DNA from: a bacterium
GTDB taxonomy: Bacteria > Patescibacteriota > Minisyncoccia > Phycocordibacterales > GWA1-40-21
Direction of reading: 5' to 3'
Length of the DNA stretch: 64,000 bases
Assembly: GCA_037131755.1 (NCBI GenBank)
Contig: JBAXQJ010000001.1
Span: 16,176 to 80,175, forward strand
The notes under the pieces are model-generated. The model saw nothing but the letters and a program-made list of their open reading frames with translations, was not told the DNA's origin and did not search any database. Numbering within the stretch: position 1 is the first letter of the stretch; every line of letters begins with the position of its first letter. The position numbers and the translations under genes were made by a program. This document shows, one piece after another, positions 1 through 9,367 of this stretch.

Positions 1-492
1 TTTAAGAATATTCTGAACTTTCACCATGGTGAAAGTTTTGGATAAAGGTTCGAGGCCGATTCTATCTGAAATACTTTGAAAATCTTTTTTGCTGGTTAGG
101 CGGGCCCAGCCGAATTTCCTCAGGTCATTGAAATATAAATGCGAACCATCGTCCAAGGTGAAAATAATTCTCGTGTGTCTGCCCGGAGCCTGGATATCAT
201 TTGCCGGATGTCCGCCAGAAATAATCTGGCCAGAACGCGGAACAAAAATTAATTGACCGGTCATTTTCAAATGAAAAATCAAATGACCATCCGAGGATAA
301 GTTGATTATGAGCATCTTGGCTCGGCGGTCTAAGCCCAATATTTTTTGGCCGGAAATTCTTTTTATAAATAAAGCGGGCGACAGGGGGAAAACCGTCTTG
401 GGCCACAAGATTTTAATCTCCTTTATGATCCGACCGGAGAGCGATTTTTCGAGCTCCCGGCGCAGGGTTTCAACTTCGGGTAATTCAGGCAT
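1..492 (-). CDS. mutM: Formamidopyrimidine-DNA glycosylase (5' part; runs off window)
   Basis: Manual translation from ATG at 492 gives MPELPEVETLRRELE, and later HLKMTGQL: Fpg signatures. Confidence 0.93.
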   Translation of the reverse strand, partial: MPELPEVETLRRELEKSLSGRIIKEIKILWPKTVFPLSPALFIKRISGQKILGLDRRAKMLIINLSSDGHLIFHLKMTGQLIFVPRSGQIISGGHPANDIQAPGRHTRIIFTLDDGSHLYFNDLRKFGWARLTSKKDFQSISDRIGLEPLSKTFTMVKVQNILK

Positions 493-571
493 GGGGAAAG
501 TGTAAGGCTTGGAGCGAAAAAAGTAAAACGGTTCAAGGTGTGACTTTGAGTTTTCGCCTTTAGAGTTTATA

Positions 572-1498
572 ATGGCGACAATGAACAAAATAAACAGCAT
601 CGCCGGTTTTCTCTGTTTTACCGCCATGATTATGGTTTTTTTGAATATGATGGTCGTTGCCCATGACCAATATGCTGCCGCTTTCTTTTCTAAGGGACTG
701 GCGGTCAATGATTTGGTGAAGAAATACGATAATACGCAAGAGACCGGGAAAATTAAGATCTTGATCGTTCCCGGCCATGAACCGGCTTATGGTGGCACTG
801 AGTATAACGGACTTGTTGAGAGGGACCTAAACGTCCAACTGGCCGACGAGCTCGGTAAAAAATTAAAAGCCAACCAGAATTTCGAGGTCATTTTTGCCCG
901 CGATAAGAAAAATTGGAACCCGCTGATAAGAAATTTTGTCGCAGACAATTTTACGGAGATTAAAAACTGGCGTGATGCTCAAGAGAAGGAAATGGGGGAC
1001 CTGACCGCCCAAGGGTTGATAAAATCAAATCAAGATTTGTCCCATAATTCTGTTCCAGGCACTTCGGCCATTATGCTTTACGGAATAAATAAATGGGCTG
1101 GTGACAATAAAGTGGACATCACCATCCACGTCCATTTCAACGATAATCCTAAGGTAAACGGCAAGCCAAAATATGAGGGCTTTGCCATATATGTCCCCGA
1201 AGCCCAATATTCCAACTCATCATCGAGTGTTGTTTTGGCTCAGGATTTAATGGCAGGCCTCAAGCAGGTTTCAAAAGTCAGCAATTTCAAAAAAGAAGCA
1301 GGTGGGGTAGTGGAAGACCAGGACCTGATTGCGATTGGGAGGTTTAATACGGCCGACTCCCTGGCTGCTCTTATCGAATATAAATATATCTATGAAAAGG
1401 TTTTGCAGGCCAAATCGAGCCGAGATTCATTCATAACCGCCGCCGCTTCGTCTACCGCCTCGGCGATTGTAAATTTTTTCACTTCTAGATCGATATAG
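572..1498 (+). CDS. N-acetylmuramoyl-L-alanine amidase (Amidase_3)
   Basis: N-terminal TM/signal; ILIVPGH, E (ERDLN), IHVHFN, ALIEY zinc-amidase motifs. Confidence 0.85.
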   Translation: MATMNKINSIAGFLCFTAMIMVFLNMMVVAHDQYAAAFFSKGLAVNDLVKKYDNTQETGKIKILIVPGHEPAYGGTEYNGLVERDLNVQLADELGKKLKANQNFEVIFARDKKNWNPLIRNFVADNFTEIKNWRDAQEKEMGDLTAQGLIKSNQDLSHNSVPGTSAIMLYGINKWAGDNKVDITIHVHFNDNPKVNGKPKYEGFAIYVPEAQYSNSSSSVVLAQDLMAGLKQVSKVSNFKKEAGGVVEDQDLIAIGRFNTADSLAALIEYKYIYEKVLQAKSSRDSFITAAASSTASAIVNFFTSRSI

Positions 1499-1505
1499 GA
1501 TTTAA

Positions 1506-1554
1506 TAAAACAACAAAGGCGGGTTCGCGTAGCGAACCCGCCTTTGTTGTTTTA
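1506..1554. terminator. Long perfect hairpin, bidirectional terminator
   Basis: taaaacaacaaaggcgggttcgc-gta-gcgaacccgcctttgttgtttta between convergent genes. Confidence 0.85.
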
Positions 1555-1560
1555 TGCTTC

Positions 1561-2841
1561 TTAGCGACTATCAGTTATAACCTTCTGTAGTTCTCCCTCT
1601 GCTACTTTGGCGTCGCTCCAAGGCTCTTTCAGGCCATCGGCCCGCATGATATATGGGTCGGTACCTTTACCGGTGATCAGAATCACATCATTGGCGTTTG
1701 CCTCTTTAATCGCCCGTCTGATCGCTTCCCGCCGGTCCATCACGATTTCCATTTTTTCCTTTCGGATATGCTTGGCCATATCATCGATGATCTCTCGCGG
1801 GTCATCATCATATGGATCTTCATCAGTCAGGATTATTTTGTCGCAATACTTATCGGCAATCTCAGCCATTTCTTTCCTTTTCCACTTGTCGCGTCCGCCA
1901 CCGCAATTGCCCAGGACACAGATTTTCTTTTTATTGGCAAAGGTTTCATACAAAGCTCTGAGCGAGTCGGGAGTATGGGCATAATCGACGATCACGTCAA
2001 AATCTTGCTTGTCCGAACCGATCAGTATTTTTTGTACCCGGCCTTTGATTTCTCTCACGCCCTCGAGGGCTTGTTTGATGGTTTCATCGGAAATGTTTTG
2101 CGTCCGAGCATAGGCGATGGCGGCCAACATGTTCAGAATATTGAACTGGCCGGGAATTTGCGTACGGATTTTTTCCAGGCCCAAGGCAAAACCCGAGCCA
2201 TCATCAGAAAGTTCAAACGGTTTGGCATTTTCGATGCTGTAAGAAACCTTTTTATCGGCAGCGATCGAAAGAAATTTCTGACCCTCCTTGTCATCAATGT
2301 TGGCGATAATGATCCGTTCCGACTTCGACGATTTTTCCAGGGCGTGAGCGATCTTTAATTTTGCCGCCACGTATTTCTCGTAAGAGCCGTGGGACTCAAT
2401 GTGTTCTTTGGCGAGATTGGTGAAGAGCAGGGCATCAAGCTCGATGAATTTGTGGCGGTATTGCTTGGCCGCCTCCGATGAGATCTCGATAATGGCGTAA
2501 TCGCACTTGGCGTCGACGGCTTGGCGCAGGAACTTTTGGGTGAAAAATCTTCCCGGCATGGTCATTTTGTATTTGTTGGGCGTCGATTGGTCGCCAATTT
2601 TGAAACGCAAGGTTCCGGCGAGCGCCGTCTTGTAGCCGGCGGTCTCCAGGATGGCGTTTAAGAATTCCACTGTTGAGGTCTTGCCTTTGGTTCCGGTCAC
2701 GGCGACGACTTTGATCTGGCGGGAAGGGAAGCGGTAAAACAAGGCGCCCAAAAGCGCGAGCTTCCAGTGATAGATCGGCTGAAAGAAAGCAAAAAGCTTC
2801 TTTGGAATAAATTTTTTTAGTAGTCTCAAGGCTTTGTTCAT
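1561..2841 (-). CDS. murE: Mur ligase (MurE-like)
   Basis: VTGTKGKTS P-loop, FTNLAKEH, VIVDYAHTPD, GGRD, LITGKG. Confidence 0.88.
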   Translation of the reverse strand: MNKALRLLKKFIPKKLFAFFQPIYHWKLALLGALFYRFPSRQIKVVAVTGTKGKTSTVEFLNAILETAGYKTALAGTLRFKIGDQSTPNKYKMTMPGRFFTQKFLRQAVDAKCDYAIIEISSEAAKQYRHKFIELDALLFTNLAKEHIESHGSYEKYVAAKLKIAHALEKSSKSERIIIANIDDKEGQKFLSIAADKKVSYSIENAKPFELSDDGSGFALGLEKIRTQIPGQFNILNMLAAIAYARTQNISDETIKQALEGVREIKGRVQKILIGSDKQDFDVIVDYAHTPDSLRALYETFANKKKICVLGNCGGGRDKWKRKEMAEIADKYCDKIILTDEDPYDDDPREIIDDMAKHIRKEKMEIVMDRREAIRRAIKEANANDVILITGKGTDPYIMRADGLKEPWSDAKVAEGELQKVITDSR

Positions 2842-2909
2842 ATGTTGACTTTATCAGAAAAAAGCGTAATTTGGAAGCAGGTTGTAACAACACGAAAGGG
2901 AGGATCTTT

Positions 2910-3227
2910 ATGAGTAAGAAGGTTGGAAAAAAGTCCTGGTCGAAGAAGATTGAATGTAACGCAAGGGTTTGTGACCGGTGTGATTTGCTTGGTGCTTTGG
3001 CGTCGGGAGGCGGGGTCTACCTTGACGTTGTGAATCGGGGTGATTATCATACCGTTGGAGCAGAAATCCCGATTAACCTCGTGAAGCGTGTGCGGAATTC
3101 TATCCCGGACACCTCAGTTCATTGCTATTATTTTGAGGGCGACGATCATGGTATTGTGGAGTATCGTGGTCAATACGATTTTCTTCACGACAAGGGGTGG
3201 TTTCAGTGGCGGCATATTAATAAGTAA
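2910..3227 (+). CDS. Hypothetical protein (Cys-containing)
   Basis: ORF with gggagg upstream of ATG 2910, followed by a hairpin. Confidence 0.5.
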   Translation: MSKKVGKKSWSKKIECNARVCDRCDLLGALASGGGVYLDVVNRGDYHTVGAEIPINLVKRVRNSIPDTSVHCYYFEGDDHGIVEYRGQYDFLHDKGWFQWRHINK

Positions 3228-3304
3228 CGGGATTTATCAGACCGAGCAGTGAATGCTCGGTTTTTCTTATACTATATACAATCTACAAGACACTATCTAC
3301 AATC

Positions 3305-3871
3305 TCATTTTCCCAAATGTTTCAAAGCCGCTTTGACCCGGCCGCTGGTCGTGGTGATAGTTTTGTCAATTTCCTGCAGAGCTTCTCTTGATTCCTTGTG
3401 AGAGTAACCCAGAGACTTAAGGGCTTCCAGAGCGTCGATTTCTTCCTTGAGGCCGAGATGGACCTCTTCATAAGCACCGAGTTTACCTTTAAGTTCCAAA
3501 ACAATCTTGTCGGCCATTTTTTTGCCGAGGCCGGAGACTTTAGTGAGATGGGCGGTCTCACCCGTCGAGATCGCTTTGCGCAGGGAGGGGACAGAAGCGA
3601 CATTTAGAATGCCAATCGCGGTTTTTGGTCCGACGCCGGAGATAGTGTTGAGTAGTTCGAAAAAGTCCAACTCGCTTTTGTCGGCAAAACCATAAAGGTC
3701 CATCGCGTTTTCCCGGACCGCCAAATATGTCCAGATTTTTGCCTGATCATTTTCCTTGGTTGCACTTAAAAGGTTGGTCGTGCCGTAGGCTTTGTAGCCG
3801 ACGCCGTTCACATCAATGACGATGAATTTGTCGGTCTTTAGGGTGATGGTACCGGTTAGGTGGGAAATCAT
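3305..3871 (-). CDS. ruvA: Holliday junction branch migration protein RuvA
   Basis: MISHLTG, VNGVGY, LYGF, ISGVGPKTA, GLGKKMA, ALKSLGY. Confidence 0.97.
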   Translation of the reverse strand: MISHLTGTITLKTDKFIVIDVNGVGYKAYGTTNLLSATKENDQAKIWTYLAVRENAMDLYGFADKSELDFFELLNTISGVGPKTAIGILNVASVPSLRKAISTGETAHLTKVSGLGKKMADKIVLELKGKLGAYEEVHLGLKEEIDALEALKSLGYSHKESREALQEIDKTITTTSGRVKAALKHLGK

Positions 3872-3985
3872 AAAAACAATTATATCATAGAACAAAGAGG
3901 TCAAACCTTGCTTTTCCTAATAAGCTGTGGTAAGTTATGAGCACAAAAGTATTCAGTAATTAATCAATATTTTTTAATATAACAC

Positions 3986-4249
3986 ATGCCAATAACATCA
4001 TCAGCAAAAAAAGCACTCCGCGCCTCAAAAAATAAGAAGGTTTACAATACCCGACGAAAAGACGCAATGGGTGATACAATCAAGAATATCAAGAAATTAG
4101 TCGCCGAGAAGAAAGTCAAAGAAGCGGAGGCTATCATGTCCGCTGCCTACAAAGCCATCGACAAGGCTTCCAAGGCTCACGTGATCCACAAGAATACCGC
4201 TTCCCGAAAGAAAAGCCGATTGGCGAAACTGGTCAATAAAGCAAAATAA
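3986..4249 (+). CDS. rpsT: 30S ribosomal protein S20
   Basis: MPITSSAKKALRAS...IHKNTASRKKSRL. Confidence 0.98.
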   Translation: MPITSSAKKALRASKNKKVYNTRRKDAMGDTIKNIKKLVAEKKVKEAEAIMSAAYKAIDKASKAHVIHKNTASRKKSRLAKLVNKAK

Positions 4250-4251
4250 TC

Positions 4252-4284
4252 AAAAACCACCTGCAAATTTGCAGGTGGTTTTTT
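4252..4284 (+). terminator. Intrinsic terminator after rpsT
   Basis: aaaaaccacctgcaaa-tttgcaggtggtttttt. Confidence 0.8.
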
Positions 4285-4287
4285 GTT

Positions 4288-4472
4288 TTGGCAGGAGTAT
4301 CTCCCTCGCCTTAAAATTTCTCGTCAGAAATTTTAGGCTGGGCACCGGCTCACGGTTTTTTCTACTGAAAAAACATCGTTCCGCCGTTCGATTCCTGCAC
4401 GCAAGCAAAATTGTTTGCTTGCTCAAGAGCACAAATTTTAAAAGCGCCACCTGGCGCTTTTAAAATTTGTGC
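4288..4472 (-). repeat. Displaced downstream flank of tRNA-Arg(GCG): palindrome, inverted tRNA 3'-end copy with 25-nt insert, distal direct copy
   Basis: gttcgattcctgc (4386-4398) + caagagcac (4424-4432) equals the 3' end of the tRNA at 35910-35981; ttggcagga at 4288-4296. Confidence 0.85.
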
Positions 4473-4678
4473 CCATCGACCGAACGCCACTCGATTGTGG
4501 GAAATAATAACTGAAGCGGCAAAATGCCTAATTGTTCGGAATGATTTACCGGCTAATGATAGCACACCTGTATTAGAGATGCCGCGGGACCAAACGGGCT
4601 TGGCGGCATAAACTTGCCGCTTTCGGCAAGTCCGTCCACCTTTTGTTATTTTTACCAATCCCTTAATCTTTAATCATC

Positions 4679-4948
4679 ATGAACAATATCAAAAACAATT
4701 TGCGAGAATATCGCTTGAAAGCCGGACTTCGTCAGGTGGACGTCGCCAGTCTGATCGGCTTGGATTTTGCCGACCGTCTATCCCGCTGGGAAAATGGTCA
4801 GGCCATGCCGAATGTTGTCAACCTATTCCACCTTGCCGCGATCTATAAAGTTACGCCTAAAGATTTGTATCAGGATCTACGGCGAAATATTGATGAACAG
4901 GCTCAAGCTGCTCACTCAGATGCTCTTATACGACGAATGTCACACTGA
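4679..4948 (+). CDS. XRE-family HTH regulator (copy 1 of 3)
   Basis: NNLREYRLKAGLRQVDVASLIGLDFADRLSRWENG. Confidence 0.92.
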   Translation: MNNIKNNLREYRLKAGLRQVDVASLIGLDFADRLSRWENGQAMPNVVNLFHLAAIYKVTPKDLYQDLRRNIDEQAQAAHSDALIRRMSH

Positions 4949-4950
4949 AC

Positions 4951-5382
4951 CTAGCCCGAGTATCCCCATGCTGTCTTGAGTATTTGATATTCAGCGGTGT
5001 AACCGTGCTCAAGAAGGCATTGTAAGTACACATGTCGTGGCGGGATATTGCTATAATAAGGTGTCGGCCCAGTTGATAAACCTCCTCCAGGCCCTGTTGA
5101 TAGTCCTCCCCCTGGGCCAGTTGAAAGCCCACCGCCCGGTCCAGTAGAAAGCCCACCGCCTGGTCCAGTAGAAAGACCGCCCTCAGGACCGGTAGATAGT
5201 CCACCTCCAGGGCCAGTAGACAAGCCACCGCCTGGACCTGTTGACATCCCTCCACCAGGACCAGTTGATGCACCACCGCCCGGACCTGTTGAAAGACCGC
5301 CCCCAGGACCTGTGGATAATCCGCCTTCAGGGCCGGTTGAACTGTTTCGCGGCCATCCTCTGTGTAATTGGTTGTTATTCAT
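4951..5382 (-). CDS. Gly-rich STGPGGGL repeat protein
   Basis: 11 full 8-aa repeats + 1 partial, with synonymous codon variation. Confidence 0.8.
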   Translation of the reverse strand: MNNNQLHRGWPRNSSTGPEGGLSTGPGGGLSTGPGGGASTGPGGGMSTGPGGGLSTGPGGGLSTGPEGGLSTGPGGGLSTGPGGGLSTGPGGGLSTGPGGGLSTGPTPYYSNIPPRHVYLQCLLEHGYTAEYQILKTAWGYSG

Positions 5383-5608
5383 GTTTTTGAGTATACCACA
5401 GTGATATCAAATGCATCAATTTGTGATATCTACACACCGTAAGTCTTTGCCTTAAAAGATGTTTTGAATTCTGATGGTGATGTGGTGCTCTAGCAGTGTC
5501 GCATAATAGTGGCTGGGTTGATTCCGCCCATGACTGGCTGGTTTTGAGTTCCCGCTGACAGGTGTCTCTCCGCATTGACCAGAAGTGAATTCAGTATAGA
5601 ATTTAGAA

Positions 5609-6049
5609 ATGAATTCAAGCACCGCATCGCCATTAGGAACAGACTTTGCGCAAGAGCTATTCCTCCACATGCAAGACGCAATTAGTGATGGAACAAAACA
5701 AGCCTGCCGAATGGTTTGGGACGTCATCCAGCAGTTTATGATGGAACACTGGTTCTTCCTGATTGTAGGGCTGGTGATTTTGTTCTGGATTGCCATCATT
5801 AGATGGATCTCAACCGGACGATGGGGTATGTTCGCCAGCCTGCTCTATCATTGCCTGTATTTTGGGACCCTACTTGTTGCCACGTTGATATTTGGCCCCG
5901 AAATCTTCGCCAGTGATTATACAAAGCTGTGGCTCTTTATCCTTTACCTAGTCTGCTTTGGGCTTGTTGGATGGTTCATACGAGCTACGGGTATTCTCGG
6001 CTGCTTATATCCTGACGGGAGAAGTAAGATCAGACGCCCGCGATTCTAG
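5609..6049 (+). CDS. Hypothetical membrane protein (about 3 TM)
   Basis: Hydrophobic segments; ttgacc/tagaat promoter-like signals upstream. Confidence 0.7.
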   Translation: MNSSTASPLGTDFAQELFLHMQDAISDGTKQACRMVWDVIQQFMMEHWFFLIVGLVILFWIAIIRWISTGRWGMFASLLYHCLYFGTLLVATLIFGPEIFASDYTKLWLFILYLVCFGLVGWFIRATGILGCLYPDGRSKIRRPRF

Positions 6050-6116
6050 GCGCCGTAAAACACTGCACTGTTATGTTTCATGATCTGCCGGCACTGCGAC
6101 CGAAGGCAGAACAGAA

Positions 6117-7364
6117 CTAGGCGGTTTTCTTCCTATTCTTCTTGTCGAGACTCAAGTGGTATGAATGAAATTCATCGTCATCACGTTCATTATCCAGATG
6201 CATACAACCACACGCCCGCCCTCTTCTATAAGGGCCGAATAATCTGGCAAACTCACCCTGAAATCTGTGAAATGTGTGCCAGTCTTTGCCTACACCCGAA
6301 TCAAATCCGTTAAATTCTTTCTGCCGTGGTGTTCGCCCATACTCGTCAAAAGCAGCGGAGGTGCCGTCCTTATTGCCGATGATAATTTGTCCACCATAGT
6401 CGACACCTCTGGGATCTGGCATGCACAAGTAACCATGTCCATAATTAAACCAGTCCGACTTGCTGACGTATCTCTCGGGATATAACCATTCTTTTTTGGC
6501 AGCCGCTATGAATTTGTAAGCTCTGCTTTTGATTATGAAGTTAATCTCTCTCACTTCCTGTTCTGATAAATATCTCATGGTCTGAATGTCGGTGATCTTC
6601 ATTATCGCGTCACGAAAAAAAGTTGGGTTTGGCCTCATTTTTAGACCATCCTGATATGGGTGCCTTAACCATGATAGATTTGTGAGGATTAGGACCTTGT
6701 TTTTCGATAAAGGGAAGATGGTATGGCTCGAATGGAATCTAATATCTGGGTCATTGTACTCACGGCACCATTGGGATCGTGGACCGCAATGGCGGTTATA
6801 TATCGTTACCGGGTGATCAGAAATGATGAACTTTGTCGCTGAGTTACCTGCATCGGCTATCAGCCAAATGGACTCCATCCATATAGCGCCATAAAGCTGT
6901 TGCCATCGAGTCATTAATGCCAGCACGTGGTTCTTATCATTAATACCACGCATATTTGCCTGATCTCTCAGCCATGTTAGTCCCTTTGGGGTGCGCAGTT
7001 TTTGTGTGCTCATATAGATGAGCAACTCCTTTATTGAATTTGTGCCATCCCACGGATGTGAGAACCTCTCGCACCACTCAACGGCAGTCTTACCCCTGGC
7101 ATCAATGTCTCCAAAGAAAAGCTTTTCGATATCTTTAGATTCAGCACCATGAAAATTCGCGGTGTATAAATCATCTTCGGCAAAACAATGCCTGAAGCCT
7201 ATTTTACGCACAGTCTTTCCGACGTGACTTGTGCTCTTGGAATCAAAATACATTGGTGGTTTTAGATTCAGATAATACAACTCGCTATCCGTTGATGGAT
7301 TTAACGAAAACCGTCTTTGATACCATACCGGGACATAATGATTGTTTTTATACTCACCAGACAT
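6117..7364 (-). CDS. DUF4238-family protein
   Basis: N-terminal NHYVPVWYQRRF and FIISDHPV motifs. Confidence 0.75.
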   Translation of the reverse strand: MSGEYKNNHYVPVWYQRRFSLNPSTDSELYYLNLKPPMYFDSKSTSHVGKTVRKIGFRHCFAEDDLYTANFHGAESKDIEKLFFGDIDARGKTAVEWCERFSHPWDGTNSIKELLIYMSTQKLRTPKGLTWLRDQANMRGINDKNHVLALMTRWQQLYGAIWMESIWLIADAGNSATKFIISDHPVTIYNRHCGPRSQWCREYNDPDIRFHSSHTIFPLSKNKVLILTNLSWLRHPYQDGLKMRPNPTFFRDAIMKITDIQTMRYLSEQEVREINFIIKSRAYKFIAAAKKEWLYPERYVSKSDWFNYGHGYLCMPDPRGVDYGGQIIIGNKDGTSAAFDEYGRTPRQKEFNGFDSGVGKDWHTFHRFQGEFARLFGPYRRGRACGCMHLDNERDDDEFHSYHLSLDKKNRKKTA

Positions 7365-7615
7365 AGTGACAGTTTATCATAACACGATTGAATTAGCCTC
7401 CAGATACTTCTCCAGACCAACTCAACCAGATTCGAACCTTATCTGGATCAACAAGGCCGTGTGGTGGATCAAAGGAACAGTATGGGATAACAAAGAAGAC
7501 CGGTTAGCTATGCAAACAGTGTCAAAATATTCTTGTTCCTCAACAAACTGAGGAGCTTGTTGAAATTCACTATTAGCGCTCACATAAATTGAGTCACTGT
7601 GATTATACATCTTGA

Positions 7616-9367
7616 TCAACCACTGATCTGCAAAGAGCGAATGGACTCTCGCCCAAACCATTTCACAAGGATATCCATCGCCTTAGTATTAATTTTCTGA
7701 GTAAACAGGACGGCAAGGCGTTTTTTGGGACGAGAACAGGCCACGTAGAAAAGATTACGATTTCGCTCAAAAGATTCTTTCTTATCGACCGGGATTTTAA
7801 CAGGTGTTCCTGCCCATTCCAGAAATTGGTTATCGTTGTAAATGTTCCACCCGCGCCCGCACACAACGAGTACATTTTCAAACTCGGCTCCTTTGACCCC
7901 ATGTTTCGTTGAGAAAGGTGTCTCGTCATTAATGAACCGCGCAAGGTTGATAACTTCCTGATATGAAATGTCTCTCAATTTGCGAAGGCGGTCAATTGAG
8001 GTTGTTTCCTCGGTAGCCTCCTTCACAATTTGTTGCGCCTCGGCTAGTTCACGTTCCTTTCGTTCTACCGCCTCAGGAAGTCTTGGTCGTTTCGTCCGCC
8101 TTAAATAGTCAAGTACTGCCCCGATGTTCCCTGACTTACGCAATATGGCTAAATCATCCATGTCCTTAGACCACGACACTTTATCCTGGTGTGTACCTAT
8201 GCGAGGTGTCCGACTGCCCAATAACGCAAACATTTCACCATACTTCTTTTCAGAATAGGCTATGCATACAGGTTCCAGTATGTCTATAAAGAAAGCAATG
8301 TGATCATCTTCTTTTTTAACGAAAGATTCTTTATGAGAAAATACTTGGGCTAATGAACTGTAACCTTGTTCGGCGGCAAGAACATTATGAGTCAACATGA
8401 GGATTTTGGTTGTACCTGCTGAAAAGTCCCATCCCTCGTTGGTGAGAAGTTCTTTTGCAGCCTCAAGGTGCGAATGTGCAGAATCAGCCGGTAAATCATC
8501 TGCCCAGTGCTGTCCAGTTCGGCGTGTGCCAACCCACTCATTAGTGTGGAATACTGCAACACTACCTTCCGCCGTTGGGTTTTCCACTTTTTGTGGTAAG
8601 TCTGGACGCATGCGATTAAGGCAATCAACAATAACCGGGGCAGAACGAAAATTAGCCTCTTTACCAATTGTTTCCAGTTTCGGATGGTCAATCAATCCGC
8701 ACCCATCCCCATAAATCTTCTGCCAGTGGTCACCAAAGAATCCTATCAGCGGCCCTTTCTCTGTATCCAAAAAATGTTTTATTAACGCTGCCGCGATCTT
8801 TTCATCGGTATCTTGATATTCGTCAATAAAAAGATAAGGGTAACGATCCGACACGAGATCTCGAAACTTAATTTCATTCAAGAGCTGAATTGTAAGGGCC
8901 AGCACATCGTTGTGATGAAGAGACACATGTTTGTCGTCTATCCCCGGATACCCCAGTTCATAGTTAATTGAACGATTCCCAACATCGCCAATATCCACAA
9001 GTCTTTCGGGCCAATTTTTAAGATTCGGTATCTGCTGACGTAAGAATGGCTGAAAGTCCTTGATTAGCGACCAACAAAAAGCATGAATAGTAGAACAATA
9101 AATCACCGGATGCCGGTCGGTCCGAGAATTGATTTCGTTAGTGGCTACATTAGTGAAGGTAATACATGCTACTTGCTGCTTTCTGCGCAACAGAGACTGC
9201 CCATGCTTTTCTATAATATATTTAAGGGATTTGATTAAAGAATAGGTTTTGCCGGCACCGGCCCCAGCTTCAAGACGAAAACTCTTCCCCTTATCAATGC
9301 AAGAGAAGACTCGATCAAGCGCTTCCTTGGAGGCAAGCTCTGCTGGGTTAGGTGTGATTTCAGACAT
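7616..9367 (-). CDS. gajB: UvrD-like helicase, Gabija GajB-type
   Basis: AGAGAGKT, FIDEYQD, FGDHWQKIY, TKHGVKGAEF, RNLFYVACSR; overlaps upstream OLD nuclease. Confidence 0.82.
   Translation of the reverse strand: MSEITPNPAELASKEALDRVFSCIDKGKSFRLEAGAGAGKTYSLIKSLKYIIEKHGQSLLRRKQQVACITFTNVATNEINSRTDRHPVIYCSTIHAFCWSLIKDFQPFLRQQIPNLKNWPERLVDIGDVGNRSINYELGYPGIDDKHVSLHHNDVLALTIQLLNEIKFRDLVSDRYPYLFIDEYQDTDEKIAAALIKHFLDTEKGPLIGFFGDHWQKIYGDGCGLIDHPKLETIGKEANFRSAPVIVDCLNRMRPDLPQKVENPTAEGSVAVFHTNEWVGTRRTGQHWADDLPADSAHSHLEAAKELLTNEGWDFSAGTTKILMLTHNVLAAEQGYSSLAQVFSHKESFVKKEDDHIAFFIDILEPVCIAYSEKKYGEMFALLGSRTPRIGTHQDKVSWSKDMDDLAILRKSGNIGAVLDYLRRTKRPRLPEAVERKERELAEAQQIVKEATEETTSIDRLRKLRDISYQEVINLARFINDETPFSTKHGVKGAEFENVLVVCGRGWNIYNDNQFLEWAGTPVKIPVDKKESFERNRNLFYVACSRPKKRLAVLFTQKINTKAMDILVKWFGRESIRSLQISG

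Noticed and set aside
1607-2893. Antisense and alternate-frame ORFs inside long genes (here and throughout)
   Set aside because: Shadows of well-supported CDSs
4288-4432. Possible tRNA (contains gttcgattcc)
   Set aside because: No D or anticodon arm; it is the inverted 3'-end copy of tRNA-Arg(GCG)
4250-4658. Short ORFs over palindromic tRNA-flank regions (also 36942-37230, 48158-48400, 50885-51136)
   Set aside because: They overlap tRNAs or repeats and have no protein motifs
5060-5345. 24-bp periodic repeat as CRISPR array
   Set aside because: No spacers, and variation is at third codon positions of an ORF, so it is a coding repeat; no cas genes in the window
7229-7240. 12-bp match ttgtgctcttgg to the tRNA-Arg att end
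   Set aside because: Lies inside the apparently intact DUF4238 ORF; chance or an unused secondary site, with no breakpoint evidence
7422-7661. Third Gabija-associated ORF
   Set aside because: Short, no recognisable motif; more likely a gene remnant at a module junction
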